Assembly: GCA_029260905.1 (NCBI GenBank)
Contig: JAJDCH010000016.1
Coordinates: 2,985-66,984, forward strand
DNA from: Candidatus Levyibacteriota bacterium
GTDB taxonomy: Bacteria > Patescibacteriota > Microgenomatia > Levybacterales > UBA12049
DNA: 64,000 bases
Direction: 5' to 3'
Under the pieces are notes generated by a model. That model ran no database searches and was not told where the DNA came from. It saw nothing but the letters and a program-made list of their open reading frames with translations. The translations under genes were made by a program, and so were the position numbers. The stretch's first letter is position 1; each line of letters starts with the position of its first letter. Positions 41,720 to 51,438 of this stretch are shown in pieces.

Positions 41720-42745
41720 TTATTCAAGAAACTTATTAGTATATAAACTTTCAAAATCTATGCTTTTGATAGGATTTCCATTTTTATCAGTAACAGTTTT
41801 ATTGTCAATCATAAATTTGGGATAATCGCGCCAAAACTTTCTGTCTTGTATTCCCCAGGTTTTATCATTTGGTGCATAGGTCTTGCTTAAGAATTTTTGA
41901 CTTTTAGAAATTAATTCTTCATTTGGAAAAGTGCCTTTGGGATTTTGGGCAATCAGAATTTTGGCAGCATCATCTGGATTGGCAATCGCGAATGCATAAC
42001 CCTTTTGGGTCGCGCGCATAAATTTAGCAAGAAGATCTTTTTTGGCATCCATTTGTTTGGGACCTGTGATGATGACAGGTGTGTAGTAATCTGGTACTCC
42101 ATAATCTTTGATTGGGAAATAGTTTGTTTCAATATTTTCAATGTTTGCAGCGATTTTATCCCAACCCTCAAAAACCCAGACAAAGTCAATCCTGCCTGAT
42201 GCGAGCGCATCCATAGCTGCTGTTTCGAGAATTACGTTGGTAAATATGCCTTTGCCACCATCTGATTGAATAACTTCTCTAACAACTGCATTTTCGTAGG
42301 GAAGGCCGAAGCCACCGTATGTTTTGTTGTCAAGATCGCGGGGGGATTTGATGCCTTTGTCTTTTAAGGTGATAAGACCTGAGGTGTTTGAATTGATGAT
42401 TGCTGCAATTGAGATAACAGGGTTTTTGCTGCCAGTCTGCATGACTACACTTTCTGTTGAGCTGATTCCGACATCTGCTTTGTTTTCATAGACAAGCGTG
42501 TTTGACGAAACCTCAGAGTAGGGGAGGATTTTTAGATCAAGCCCCTCATCTTCGTACCAGCCCTTAGCGCGGGCTACATAGATTCCTGTGTGGTTGGTGT
42601 TGGGAACCCAGTCAAGTGCGAGGGAAAAAGCTTTTAGTTTTTGGATCTTGGATCTTGGATTTTGGGAATTTGAGAGTTGGTTTTGGAATGCGAAGATGCC
42701 AAAGGCAGCGACAATAAGTATGATGAGAAGAATTAATTTTTTCAT
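41720..42745 (-). CDS. NMT1/THI5-like substrate-binding protein (thiamine/HMP uptake)
   Basis: 'LDWVPNTNHTGIYVA..KGWY..EGL'; downstream of a TPP riboswitch. Confidence 0.9.
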   Translation of the reverse strand: MKKLILLIILIVAAFGIFAFQNQLSNSQNPRSKIQKLKAFSLALDWVPNTNHTGIYVARAKGWYEDEGLDLKILPYSEVSSNTLVYENKADVGISSTESVVMQTGSKNPVISIAAIINSNTSGLITLKDKGIKSPRDLDNKTYGGFGLPYENAVVREVIQSDGGKGIFTNVILETAAMDALASGRIDFVWVFEGWDKIAANIENIETNYFPIKDYGVPDYYTPVIITGPKQMDAKKDLLAKFMRATQKGYAFAIANPDDAAKILIAQNPKGTFPNEELISKSQKFLSKTYAPNDKTWGIQDRKFWRDYPKFMIDNKTVTDKNGNPIKSIDFESLYTNKFLE

Positions 42746-42747
42746 GA

Positions 42748-42840
42748 GTGTTTCCTTCGTTGGAATTATCCAAACAGGTTCAATGGGTCATTCGATTTTA
42801 TCGAAACTCTCAGCGCGCTTCAGCGAGCTCCCCAACAAAA
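42748..42840 (-). promoter_or_regulatory. TPP riboswitch
   Basis: Minus strand GGGGAGC...GCTGAGA...GACCCATTGAACCTG..TGGATAATTCCAACGAAGGAA; ends next to the start codon, which suggests translational control. Confidence 0.9.
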
Positions 42841-42863
42841 CTATGATAACAAATGATTTTTAT

Positions 42864-43499
42864 TTATGCAACATCGGTGTGGATGAGGAGGAGGGTTCCG
42901 TTTTTAAATTCAATTGTCGCTGTGTTTTGAGTTAGCTCATTTAAGTTTCCAAAAGCTGAGTTTGGTTCGATATCGTCATTCACGAGCGGGTATTTGAGGC
43001 CAGATGTTTTGATGTTTTTGATTTCTGAAAGCGAGATAATTGAGAGCTGGTCGCCTTTTTGTCCATAAATTTTTTCTTTTTTTGGGCCACGCATGAGCCA
43101 GAGAATTTGATTTTGACTTACAAAAAAAATAGGGGTTTTGTATTTTTGCAAATTAAAAATGTTTCCTAGGATGTGATCAATTCGATCGCCTTCAGCTCCG
43201 GCAAGAATTGTTATTTTTTTTGCGCCCTCTCTGATCGCCAGTTCTATCGCGAGGTCTGTATCGGTTTTGTCTTTGTCTGTTGGATATCTAAGTGTTTTGA
43301 CTTTTTGTTTTTGCAGCTTGGCAAAGAGTTTGGGGTCAATTGAGTCGAAGTCGCCAATAAGAAAATCTGGGGTGAGTTTGAGGGAAATGCAATGCGATGC
43401 GCCGCTATCAACGGCGATTGTTTTATCGACTGATTTTAAAAGTTTTTTTATTCCTGGCCAATACGTAAATCTCCCGCCTGAAAAAATTAAAAAATGCAC
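42864..43499 (-). CDS. thiN: Thiamine pyrophosphokinase
   Basis: AVDSGA, GDFDS, KDKTDTDLA, G.R.DH, GLKYPL. Confidence 0.93.
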   Translation of the reverse strand: MHFLIFSGGRFTYWPGIKKLLKSVDKTIAVDSGASHCISLKLTPDFLIGDFDSIDPKLFAKLQKQKVKTLRYPTDKDKTDTDLAIELAIREGAKKITILAGAEGDRIDHILGNIFNLQKYKTPIFFVSQNQILWLMRGPKKEKIYGQKGDQLSIISLSEIKNIKTSGLKYPLVNDDIEPNSAFGNLNELTQNTATIEFKNGTLLLIHTDVA

Positions 43500-43519
43500 G
43501 TTTTTTAAAGATAAATTCT

Positions 43520-43686
43520 GCTCTAAGATAGGGTTGATTGTTATTTTCCCAAGCTAAGTAAATAGGAAAGCTAATTATCAAACCACGGCCTGATAAGTTC
43601 GCTTCGTCGTCCGCCAGAGGCGGAATACCTCAGGATATTTGAAATTGTAGAGAAAAAATCGCAACCAACTTCCAATATCAAAGAGC
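43520..43686 (-). ncRNA. Probable 6S-like RNA
   Basis: 167-nt rod: GCTCT/AGAGC, GATA/TATC, GTTGGTTG/CAATCAAC, central bubble, inner TCAAA/TTTGA and CCTGA/TCAGG; TTGACA-17-TAAACT immediately upstream. Confidence 0.55.
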
Positions 43687-43726
43687 AAGTATAGTTTATT
43701 CTTTGGAAAGTCTGATGTCAAGGATT

Positions 43727-44377
43727 TTAGAAGCCGAGAAGTCCGAGTGATGCACTAACTAAGCTTGATACAAAACCAAGCAGAGAAAAAGGTCCTATGG
43801 GAAAGAAAAGAAGAAATATGAGTATAAACATTCCCATTCTTTGACCAACTGCCAGATAGGCTGCTGCTTCTTTGGCAGGAAGAATACCAGCAAAAAGTTT
43901 GGAACCATCAAGTGGAGGGATCGGGATAAGATTGAAAAAGGCAAGTAAAAGATTAAGAACGACTATTGTTGTGAGGATGAAGCCGACTAGTCCGCTTGCT
44001 GAAACTAGCTGGAAAGGAACTCCTGGAAAAGAAAGATGAATGATAATGCTTCCGATTATTGCAAGAGAAAGATTGGTGAGTGGTCCAGCAATAGACACCA
44101 GAGCCAGATCTTTGATCCCGTCACGCAGGTTGAATGGGTCAACTGGTACAGGTTTGGCGCCTCCAAAAATAATGGGGGATCCTGAGATTATAAGCATAAG
44201 AGGAACAAGAAGGCTCATGATAGGATCAATGTGCGGCCTGGGATCAAGTGTAAGTCTGCCTTTTAGTTCTGCCGTGGGATCACCAAGTCTTCCAGCTACA
44301 TAGCCATGCGCTATTTCATGCAGGATTGCTGAGTAAATAAGAATGATTATGCTGATTATTCCGCCAAAAATATCCAT
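43727..44377 (-). CDS. Site-2 protease (M50 family)
   Basis: HEIAH, GDPT, AGP.TN, FNLIPIPPLDG. Confidence 0.93.
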   Translation of the reverse strand: MDIFGGIISIIILIYSAILHEIAHGYVAGRLGDPTAELKGRLTLDPRPHIDPIMSLLVPLMLIISGSPIIFGGAKPVPVDPFNLRDGIKDLALVSIAGPLTNLSLAIIGSIIIHLSFPGVPFQLVSASGLVGFILTTIVVLNLLLAFFNLIPIPPLDGSKLFAGILPAKEAAAYLAVGQRMGMFILIFLLFFPIGPFSLLGFVSSLVSASLGLLGF

Positions 44378-44379
44378 TA

Positions 44380-44515
44380 GTTTAAATTCTAAACTCTAAT
44401 TTCTAATACCTAAACAATATCAAATATTTAATTTTCAAATCCCAAAGAGGTTTAGGTATTTGCATTTTGAAAATTTGAATTTTTTTAGAATTTGTAATTT
44501 AGTATTTAGAGCTTA
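44380..44515. repeat. Imperfect inverted array of heptamer-like repeats
   Basis: TCTAAAC/TCTAATT/TCTAATA-type units on the left; complementary TTTGAAT/TTTAGAA/TTTAGTA units on the right. Confidence 0.55.
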
Positions 44516-44559
44516 TTCGGTCTTGAGTTCAAGACTAGATTATGATATCATACTTTTCT

Positions 44560-44793
44560 ATGGGAAGGAAATGCGCATCATGTGGAAAAGGAATAATGTA
44601 TGGACACAATGTGTCTCATTCCAAGCGTCGAACAAATAGGACATTCAAGCCCAATCTTCATGTGGCAAGAATTGCAGTTGCAGGTAGAAAGGTAAAGATG
44701 AAGCTTTGTACCAAGTGTCTGAGAATGTTTAAGAAGATTGGAAAAGTAGTTGAAGCTCCACTGGTTGAAACTCCACAAGTAGCCTCAGTTTAA
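44560..44793 (+). CDS. rpmB: 50S ribosomal protein L28
   Basis: C..CGK...GHNVSHSKRRTNRTFKPNL, CTKCLR. Confidence 0.95.
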   Translation: MGRKCASCGKGIMYGHNVSHSKRRTNRTFKPNLHVARIAVAGRKVKMKLCTKCLRMFKKIGKVVEAPLVETPQVASV

Positions 44794-44850
44794 GTTTTGC
44801 TTACATATTTCATACTTATTTTTTAATATTTGGTGCTATATTTAACGTGC

Positions 44851-45093
44851 ATGGCGCGAGTCGAGTCAGGGAGGGATTGTCTAGGTGAGGTTCGTTGGAA
44901 ACCGCCAGAGATTCAGCATATTGGGAACAGAAAAAAGGAAGTAAGGGCACCAGTTGCAATTTTTTGTTTTCAAGACTGTCCGCTTAATGGTCTTAAAGTT
45001 TCAATACCAGGAGGAACACTTGAGGAATCGAGATGTAGAAGTGTTAAATCGGCACTTGGTATTCTGAATAAGAACTGTCCTCAATTGAATTAA
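44851..45093 (+). CDS. Small Cys-rich orphan protein
   Basis: MARVES... with 5 Cys; TG-n-TATATT upstream. Confidence 0.45.
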   Translation: MARVESGRDCLGEVRWKPPEIQHIGNRKKEVRAPVAIFCFQDCPLNGLKVSIPGGTLEESRCRSVKSALGILNKNCPQLN

Positions 45094-45941
45094 AAGAGTT
45101 TTTTTAAGATATCCCTCATCTCCGGGTAGCCGTTGAGGAAATCTTTGAGACTCACAGGTTTTTTCCCTTCTACTTGAAATTTTTCCCCAGGTAAAAATTT
45201 GGTTCTTAGATTTTTGTTTTTGGTTTTTAGGATCGTCCAAGCAGTTGGCCAGGGGTAGTAAGCCCGAATTTTTCGGTCAATTTCCAATTTCCAATTTTTA
45301 ATTTCCAATTCCGAATTTAAATTTTCTATTGTTGATAAATCAAAATATCCATCTTTCTTGGTGATCAGTTTTACAAAAGTTGCTTTTTTATGATCTTGTG
45401 TCTCTGTTTTTATTTTTCCCTGTGCAAACTTGTTTAGAATATCAGGCAGATTATCAGCTGCGATTTGAAATAATTTAAAAGCAAGGGTTTCAAAAGTATC
45501 AATTGGCTTTATCAAATGCTCAAACTGCTTGAGAATCGGTCCGTGATCCATCTCCTGATCCATCTGCATGATGCTGACGCCTGTTTTTTTATCACTATTT
45601 AAAATAGCAGCTGTAATAGGTGATGGACCACGATAGAGTGGGAGAAGAGATGGGTGCACGTTGATGCTTCCATATTTTGGGATTTCAAGAATTTTCTGAG
45701 GTATTATCTTGCCGTAGGCTGCTGTTATAAAGAAGTCAGGCTGGCTTTGACCAAAATCAGTGGTTGGAAAAACAGGAATATTATTTTCAAGCGCGTATTT
45801 TTTAACAGGAGTGGGAGTAAGATTTTTTTTCTTATCTATCTGATCCGGCATAGTTACAACGCCAATTACTTGATGGGTTTTGTTTAGTTGGTCTAGGATA
45901 GGAACTACAAAATCAGGCGTCCCAAAAAAAACAATTTTCAT
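45090..45941 (-). CDS. fmt: Methionyl-tRNA formyltransferase
   Basis: FFGTPDF, AYGKI, NVHPSLLP.YRG.SP, MD.G. Confidence 0.95.
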   Translation of the reverse strand: MKIVFFGTPDFVVPILDQLNKTHQVIGVVTMPDQIDKKKNLTPTPVKKYALENNIPVFPTTDFGQSQPDFFITAAYGKIIPQKILEIPKYGSINVHPSLLPLYRGPSPITAAILNSDKKTGVSIMQMDQEMDHGPILKQFEHLIKPIDTFETLAFKLFQIAADNLPDILNKFAQGKIKTETQDHKKATFVKLITKKDGYFDLSTIENLNSELEIKNWKLEIDRKIRAYYPWPTAWTILKTKNKNLRTKFLPGEKFQVEGKKPVSLKDFLNGYPEMRDILKKLF

Positions 45942-46516
45942 ATCTCCAATTCCTCAAATTCTGTCTCGCCTTTTTCGTTTTTGTAGGATTTGTAGAGATT
46001 ACTTTTTTGTTCAAGAACTCTTTTGGGAAACAAAACTCCCTGCAGGTGATCTACCTCGTGTTGAACGATTACACTCATAAAGCCTGTAAATGTTTCTTTG
46101 TGTTTTTCGCCTTTTTCATTCATGTATAGTAGTACTACTTTGTTATAACGTTTTACTGTTCCCCAGATGTCTTTTAGCGAGAGGCAACCCTCAAGCTGAA
46201 CGGGTTTTTTTGTTTTTCGTCCGCCAGAGGTGGCTTTTGCCGCGCTCAAATTTTTTGTTTTTGGATGGTTGATGAGCTCTTCTATAACAGGATTTATAAA
46301 TGTTTGTATCTCCGAGTCAGGATGGGGCTTGGTGATAAAGATTTGTAGAGATCTACCGATTTGAGGCGCAGCAAGACCGACTCCTTCTGGATCTGTAGCG
46401 CTAGCCAGTCCTTCCCGCATTTCCTTGAGAACTTTTTTGATATGTTTATCTATTTTTTCAACAGGTTTTGCTTTTTCAGAAAGAACAGAATTGGGGGCTT
46501 GTACGATTTTTGCCAT
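45938..46516 (-). CDS. def: Peptide deformylase
   Basis: GVGLAAPQIG, EGCLS, QHEVDHL. Confidence 0.96.
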   Translation of the reverse strand: MAKIVQAPNSVLSEKAKPVEKIDKHIKKVLKEMREGLASATDPEGVGLAAPQIGRSLQIFITKPHPDSEIQTFINPVIEELINHPKTKNLSAAKATSGGRKTKKPVQLEGCLSLKDIWGTVKRYNKVVLLYMNEKGEKHKETFTGFMSVIVQHEVDHLQGVLFPKRVLEQKSNLYKSYKNEKGETEFEELEI

Positions 46517-46531
46517 AGGTTGGATTTTAAT

Positions 46532-48745
46532 CTATTTTTCCCATTCTTGCAATTTTTCTTTTACATCTTTATCATTTGGGTCGAGGCTTGATAGGATAAA
46601 TTCATATGTTTCAATTGCTTTATCCAGCTCTTTAGTTTTTTCATAAGCAAGACCAAGTGAGAGGTATGCATCTTTATAATCAGGTTTTAATTTTATAGTC
46701 TCTGTAAGTATCTCAACTGCTTTTTGGGGATTTCCTGTTTGGAGTGTGAGCGTGCCAAGGGTGTTGGTGACTTTTGCATCAGAGGGGGCTAATTCTTTTG
46801 CTCTTTTGATACTAATTAGCGCTTCATTTAAATAGCGTTTTTCGTTATTTTTATCGCCAAGTGATAAGGTGTAGAAAAGGCGGACTCTATTTTTCCAAAA
46901 AACAAGATTGTTTGGGTGGGTGGAGATGAGATTATCACTTGTCGAAATTGCTGCAGTTGAGGTCTGATCAGCTGTTTCTTTATCACCCTGTATGTAAAAG
47001 CCAGCAGCGATATAAGATAGATTCATGCTTAACTCGTCAGAATAAATGGGTTCATTTGGCACAATCTTTGCCGCTTTTGAAAAACTGAAATATGCATCTG
47101 GATAATTTCCAGAGCGATTAAGTCTCTGACCTGATGCAAAAGAAATATCAGCAAGTAGGTAATTTAAAAGATATATTAGTAGATACGCAGCCATAAATAT
47201 CGTAATTATTACACCAGTCCATTGGATAGAAGTTGTTTTGTTTTTCGTTTTTTCTGAAGAATTTAAGAAAAATGAAAATGTTTTTTGGGGATTGAGAAAA
47301 TCTCCAAGCAAAAATACAAATGCAGGAATAAGAAAAAAGTAAAGATTGATTATGACGACTGAAAAGCCAAAGAAGTTGGTGATCAATATTGCAAGATAGC
47401 TTGCGATAAGCGATAAGTGATAAGTTATAAGTGATAAGTTATTTTTAGGATTGATGGATTTGGATTTTTTGATTGCTACAAAAATAAATGTCCCAATGAT
47501 TGCAAGATAACTTCCTAACCCAAATATTCCGCTTGTTGTTAGTAAGTTTAGATATTCGTTATGCGCTTTATTGTAAAGAAAATCCCATTCTGATGTGAGG
47601 TTATGTTCAAGCGGACGATGTCGATAGTAAGCATAGGCAAATGTTTCAACTCCCCAGCCAAAAATTGGTTTTTCTTTCCAGGCATCAATTGCTCCCTGCC
47701 AGACAATAAGTCGGATATTTCCTGAGTCGGTAATACTTGGGTCAGATTCTTTGTTTGCTGGTGAAATGTTATTTGGTGTTATTTTATCAGTTGAATTATT
47801 TTTTTCCAAGATTGAGGGTAAAGTATACTTGTTGAGATTTTCAGCTGGATAGGGTAGTACGCCAAATACAAAACTTGATGCAAGAAAAACAAAATGAATT
47901 GTCAAGAAAGCAGTCATCAGTTTTTTAAAAGAAAATATTTTTTTCCAGAAAAAAACAGCAAAAAGTAAAATGTCAGCTGCATAGAAGGAAAGCATACCCG
48001 CCCTGGTGTTGGTGAAGACAAGTGAGAGATAAAACAAAGTAATAAGTGATAAGTAATAAGTGATAAGTATAAAGGGCTGGTTTTGGGTTGCCTGCCTGCC
48101 GGCAGGCAAGGTTGGTTCTTGGTTCTTGGTGATTCCCAGCGCCATAGCGATTGGTAGGAGAATCGTCATGTAGGCAGCAAGCCAAGCGGGTTGACCAAGA
48201 GTTGAGAAGATGCGAATTGTGGGTTTGAAGTTCTCAGTCCAGCAGGATGCATCAAGTTGGCTAGTAAAGATAAAGCAAGTTGGGTCATAGCCAAAATGTG
48301 ATGGGATGCCCCAGAGAGCGACGATGAGTCCTGAAAATAAACTTATTTTTAGAAGATTAATTACATGTTTTTTGGCTAGGTTTGAAACAAAAGCATAGTA
48401 CAATAATAGATAGCTTATGGTTGATAACAGCCCTCCGTTGAATCTGGAATAATATCCCCACCAAGAGACATGCGGGTCAAGTGAAAAAATGCTAGATATG
48501 ATTTGAGAGGTTAGAAATAAAAGAATTGGTATATCAAGCGGTGTTCTCTGGATTTTGAAATTTTTTTCAAGAATCATTTTGGAAATCCATGTACTGGTGA
48601 TGATAACAGTCAATCCAAAAGCAAGCCACATTTTCGGCAGTTCAAAAAGCTCAGATGTGATATCAGTGAAAATAAGCGGAATGAAAAAGAAAAGCGCGTA
48701 GAAAGAATACTCAATGGTGCGGTTTAGGAAGTTTTGTAGTTTCAT
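46532..48745 (-). CDS. O-antigen ligase-like membrane protein with C-terminal TPRs
   Basis: Many TMs; R..STLGQP, TRAG, R..VW...P.FG.G.ETF, AHNEYL; start placed at MKLQN. Confidence 0.88.
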   Translation of the reverse strand: MKLQNFLNRTIEYSFYALFFFIPLIFTDITSELFELPKMWLAFGLTVIITSTWISKMILEKNFKIQRTPLDIPILLFLTSQIISSIFSLDPHVSWWGYYSRFNGGLLSTISYLLLYYAFVSNLAKKHVINLLKISLFSGLIVALWGIPSHFGYDPTCFIFTSQLDASCWTENFKPTIRIFSTLGQPAWLAAYMTILLPIAMALGITKNQEPTLPAGRQATQNQPFILITYYLSLITLFYLSLVFTNTRAGMLSFYAADILLFAVFFWKKIFSFKKLMTAFLTIHFVFLASSFVFGVLPYPAENLNKYTLPSILEKNNSTDKITPNNISPANKESDPSITDSGNIRLIVWQGAIDAWKEKPIFGWGVETFAYAYYRHRPLEHNLTSEWDFLYNKAHNEYLNLLTTSGIFGLGSYLAIIGTFIFVAIKKSKSINPKNNLSLITYHLSLIASYLAILITNFFGFSVVIINLYFFLIPAFVFLLGDFLNPQKTFSFFLNSSEKTKNKTTSIQWTGVIITIFMAAYLLIYLLNYLLADISFASGQRLNRSGNYPDAYFSFSKAAKIVPNEPIYSDELSMNLSYIAAGFYIQGDKETADQTSTAAISTSDNLISTHPNNLVFWKNRVRLFYTLSLGDKNNEKRYLNEALISIKRAKELAPSDAKVTNTLGTLTLQTGNPQKAVEILTETIKLKPDYKDAYLSLGLAYEKTKELDKAIETYEFILSSLDPNDKDVKEKLQEWEK

Positions 48746-48870
48746 TAACCAAATCAACTAATCATCTAATTTCAAATCAACTAATCAACAAATAACTTTT
48801 AGATATTGGTCAATTTGATGATTATAACATCCTATCATATTGGCAAAATGTGGGCAAGCCATGGAGCTCT

Positions 48871-50121
48871 TTATGCTGCTTGTTGTATCCTTGTCATATT
48901 GCGGATTGCAGCGAGATTTAGTCGGGCTTTATCTCTTGATTTTATATTAAACACTTGCATAAATGTTTCAACCTCAGCATTTGGATTTTCAAAAACCCAT
49001 GGCTTCTGCTCTACGAACTCTGTTGTATTGCCCTGGAATTCCTGCCATTTCTCAGGCAATCTTGCGCCTGTCATTTTGGCAACAGCTGAGAGGTTGAGGT
49101 AGGTCTTCTTCATATCACCTGCATAGAGGCTATCAGCTGCGGCAAGGTATCCATCAAGACCGTTTTGGAATTGTCCTTTTTCAAATCCACTCCTGATAGT
49201 TCTAAACTCTGTTGTATTGCCCTGGAATCCCTGCCATTTCTCAGGCAATCTTGCGCCTGTCATTTTGGCAACAGCTGAGAGGTTGAGGTAGGTCTTCTTC
49301 ATATCACCTGCATAGAAAAAATCGGCGGTTTCAAGATATAGTTTATATGATTGAGGATTTTCTGGGGAAACAATTTCTTTCAGTATTTCAGTTGCAGGTG
49401 TAAGCTCTTGTTTGCCAGAGGTGGCGATATCCAAAAATAATTCAGAGAAAAATTTATCAGCTTTTGTTGGAGTTTGGATTTTTTTGTTTTCTGATTCCTC
49501 CCAGCGCTCAAATAGGACAGGTTCTTCTGATTGTCTTCTGGTTCGGACCAGATCCCCTCTCCAGTCATAAAGAGAACGGGACGCCATGTATGACAGATTT
49601 ATTCCACGGAAATCATTACCTTTTACAACATCCCGCACGCCGTTAAATCTTTCTCCTGCGTAATCATTGAAAATATCAGTAAGAGCGCTCCTCGTTTCTG
49701 CCTCAAGCCATTTTTTGGTATCTTCCGTTATATTTTCCACTCTTGCTTCTTTTGCAAGCGTGCGGAGTGTTTCTATTTTGCCGATAGGAGAATCAGGGTC
49801 TACAGCCTGCCATTCTTTTTTCTCTTCATCATACTTGATCGCGCCAGGATTAAGAAAAGGGAGGATGTTTTCGCCTGGCTGTACATTGTTTGCTGCAAGT
49901 ATAGTGTCCCTTTTTCTTCTCCGTTCATTTTGGTTAAATATGATCCATTCTTGATTCAGGTTCCCCTGAGAGTCGAGAAAATCAGGAGTAGTAGAAAGTC
50001 TTTCATTTCTGCTCTCATCTCCGACAAAACGTTTAAAATGTGTAAAAAGTTGCCAGACAAGAGCCTTTTCTTTTCTTGATTCAGGTATTTGGATTTCTCT
50101 TGGTCTTTCTGCAGTTATCAT
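48871..50121 (-). CDS. Orphan hypothetical protein with internal 37-aa duplication
   Basis: Start MITAER follows TTGACT-17-TATACT; YAGDMKK...GNTTEF occurs twice. Confidence 0.7.
   Translation of the reverse strand: MITAERPREIQIPESRKEKALVWQLFTHFKRFVGDESRNERLSTTPDFLDSQGNLNQEWIIFNQNERRRKRDTILAANNVQPGENILPFLNPGAIKYDEEKKEWQAVDPDSPIGKIETLRTLAKEARVENITEDTKKWLEAETRSALTDIFNDYAGERFNGVRDVVKGNDFRGINLSYMASRSLYDWRGDLVRTRRQSEEPVLFERWEESENKKIQTPTKADKFFSELFLDIATSGKQELTPATEILKEIVSPENPQSYKLYLETADFFYAGDMKKTYLNLSAVAKMTGARLPEKWQGFQGNTTEFRTIRSGFEKGQFQNGLDGYLAAADSLYAGDMKKTYLNLSAVAKMTGARLPEKWQEFQGNTTEFVEQKPWVFENPNAEVETFMQVFNIKSRDKARLNLAAIRNMTRIQQAA
49016..49316. repeat. 112-bp intragenic direct repeat (49016-49127 and 49205-49316), one mismatch
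   Basis: Direct comparison; offset 189 nt, in frame. Confidence 0.9.
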
Positions 50122-50273
50122 GTCCCGTAGTATAGTATGTAGGCGTAAAAAAGTCAATTGATTTTTTATTTTTGATCACTACTGGATTTTTAACTGGGCA
50201 AGGTGGTAGTATTGGGTTATTTTTCCCATCCTATCATATTGGCAAAATGTGGGCAAGCTGATATATTAGAAGG

Positions 50274-51392
50274 ATGAATGCGCTTAATTCTTTCTACAAG
50301 CTCTTTAGTTATGATATTGGTATTGATCTTGGGACTGCCAATACTTTGATTTTTGTAAAATCCAAAGGAATTGCGATAAGAGAGCCATCTTTTGTTGCAA
50401 GACATAAAAAAAGTAAAAAGGTAATAGCAGTTGGAACTGAAGCTAAAAAAATGTTTGGAAAAACTCCAGCATCAATTGTAATTGTTCGTCCGCTCCAGGA
50501 TGGTGTGATTGCAGATCTTGATGCGACTGAGGCGATGATAAGTCATTATGTAAAACAAGTTCATGAAGTAGGAAGTTTCCTTCCCAAGCTTTTTGTCAGA
50601 CCCAAAGTAGTAGTTGGAATTCCTGGAGCAGTAACAGAAGTGCAAAGACGCGCTGTTTGGGAGGCATGTCTAACAGCGGGCGCGCGTGAGGCCAGTCTTA
50701 TCGAAGAACCAATGGCTGCTGCAATAGGTGAAGGAATTTCTATTTTTTCATCAAAAGGCGTGATGGTGGTTGATATAGGCGGTGGTACAAGTGAGATTGC
50801 GGTTATTTCACTTGGTGGGATAGTTGTAGGCCGATCTCTTAAAAAAGCTGGAGATCTGATGGATGAATCAATACTTCATTATATAAGACTCAAGCATGGA
50901 ATGTTGCTTGGGGCAAAAACAGCTGAGGATATAAAAATAAAAATTGGAAGCGCCTTGAAAACAAAATCAAAAAATAAAGACAAGAAATTAAAAATTGATG
51001 ATGGAGAGAAGCAGATTGAAGAAAAAGAGGCAGAGCAAGTAATGATAGTAAGAGGTCGTGATATTGAGACAGGACTCCCGCGAAGTATTAAGATAACAGA
51101 ATCCGAGGTAAGGGAAGCATTGTCCCCTGTGTTATCGGAGATTGTAGAGGGAGTAGCTGAAGTTTTGGAAGAAACACCACCTGAAATGTTGCCTGATATT
51201 CTTGATCAAGGGATACTTCTCACAGGGGGCGGAGCATTATTGTCAGGTCTTGATGAGATGATAGTTGAGCGGGTGCATATACCTGTTGTTGTTTCCAGTG
51301 ATCCTCTGACATCAGTTGTAAGAGGAACAGGAAAAGTTCTTGAGGATGAAAAGCTACTTGAAAAAGTAAGGGTTATTGGGGGTTTGAGATAG
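50274..51392 (+). CDS. mreB: Rod shape-determining protein MreB (mreBCD locus)
   Basis: IGIDLGTANT, RPLQDGVIAD, DIGGGTSE; upstream of mreC. Confidence 0.95.
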   Translation: MNALNSFYKLFSYDIGIDLGTANTLIFVKSKGIAIREPSFVARHKKSKKVIAVGTEAKKMFGKTPASIVIVRPLQDGVIADLDATEAMISHYVKQVHEVGSFLPKLFVRPKVVVGIPGAVTEVQRRAVWEACLTAGAREASLIEEPMAAAIGEGISIFSSKGVMVVDIGGGTSEIAVISLGGIVVGRSLKKAGDLMDESILHYIRLKHGMLLGAKTAEDIKIKIGSALKTKSKNKDKKLKIDDGEKQIEEKEAEQVMIVRGRDIETGLPRSIKITESEVREALSPVLSEIVEGVAEVLEETPPEMLPDILDQGILLTGGGALLSGLDEMIVERVHIPVVVSSDPLTSVVRGTGKVLEDEKLLEKVRVIGGLR

Positions 51393-51438
51393 TTTTTCTA
51401 GTTGACAGGATAGAATTTCTTGATATACTAAGCTTGAA

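Larger units (their letters stand above)
48828..50258. repeat. 32-bp perfect direct repeat (48828-48859 and 50227-50258) flanking an orphan gene
   Basis: CATCCTATCATATTGGCAAAATGTGGGCAAGC present twice. Confidence 0.9.

Noticed and set aside
49016-49316. Diversity-generating retroelement template/variable repeat pair
   Set aside because: Only one mismatch (though it is A/G on the coding strand), both copies are in frame in one ORF, and there is no reverse transcriptase in the window.
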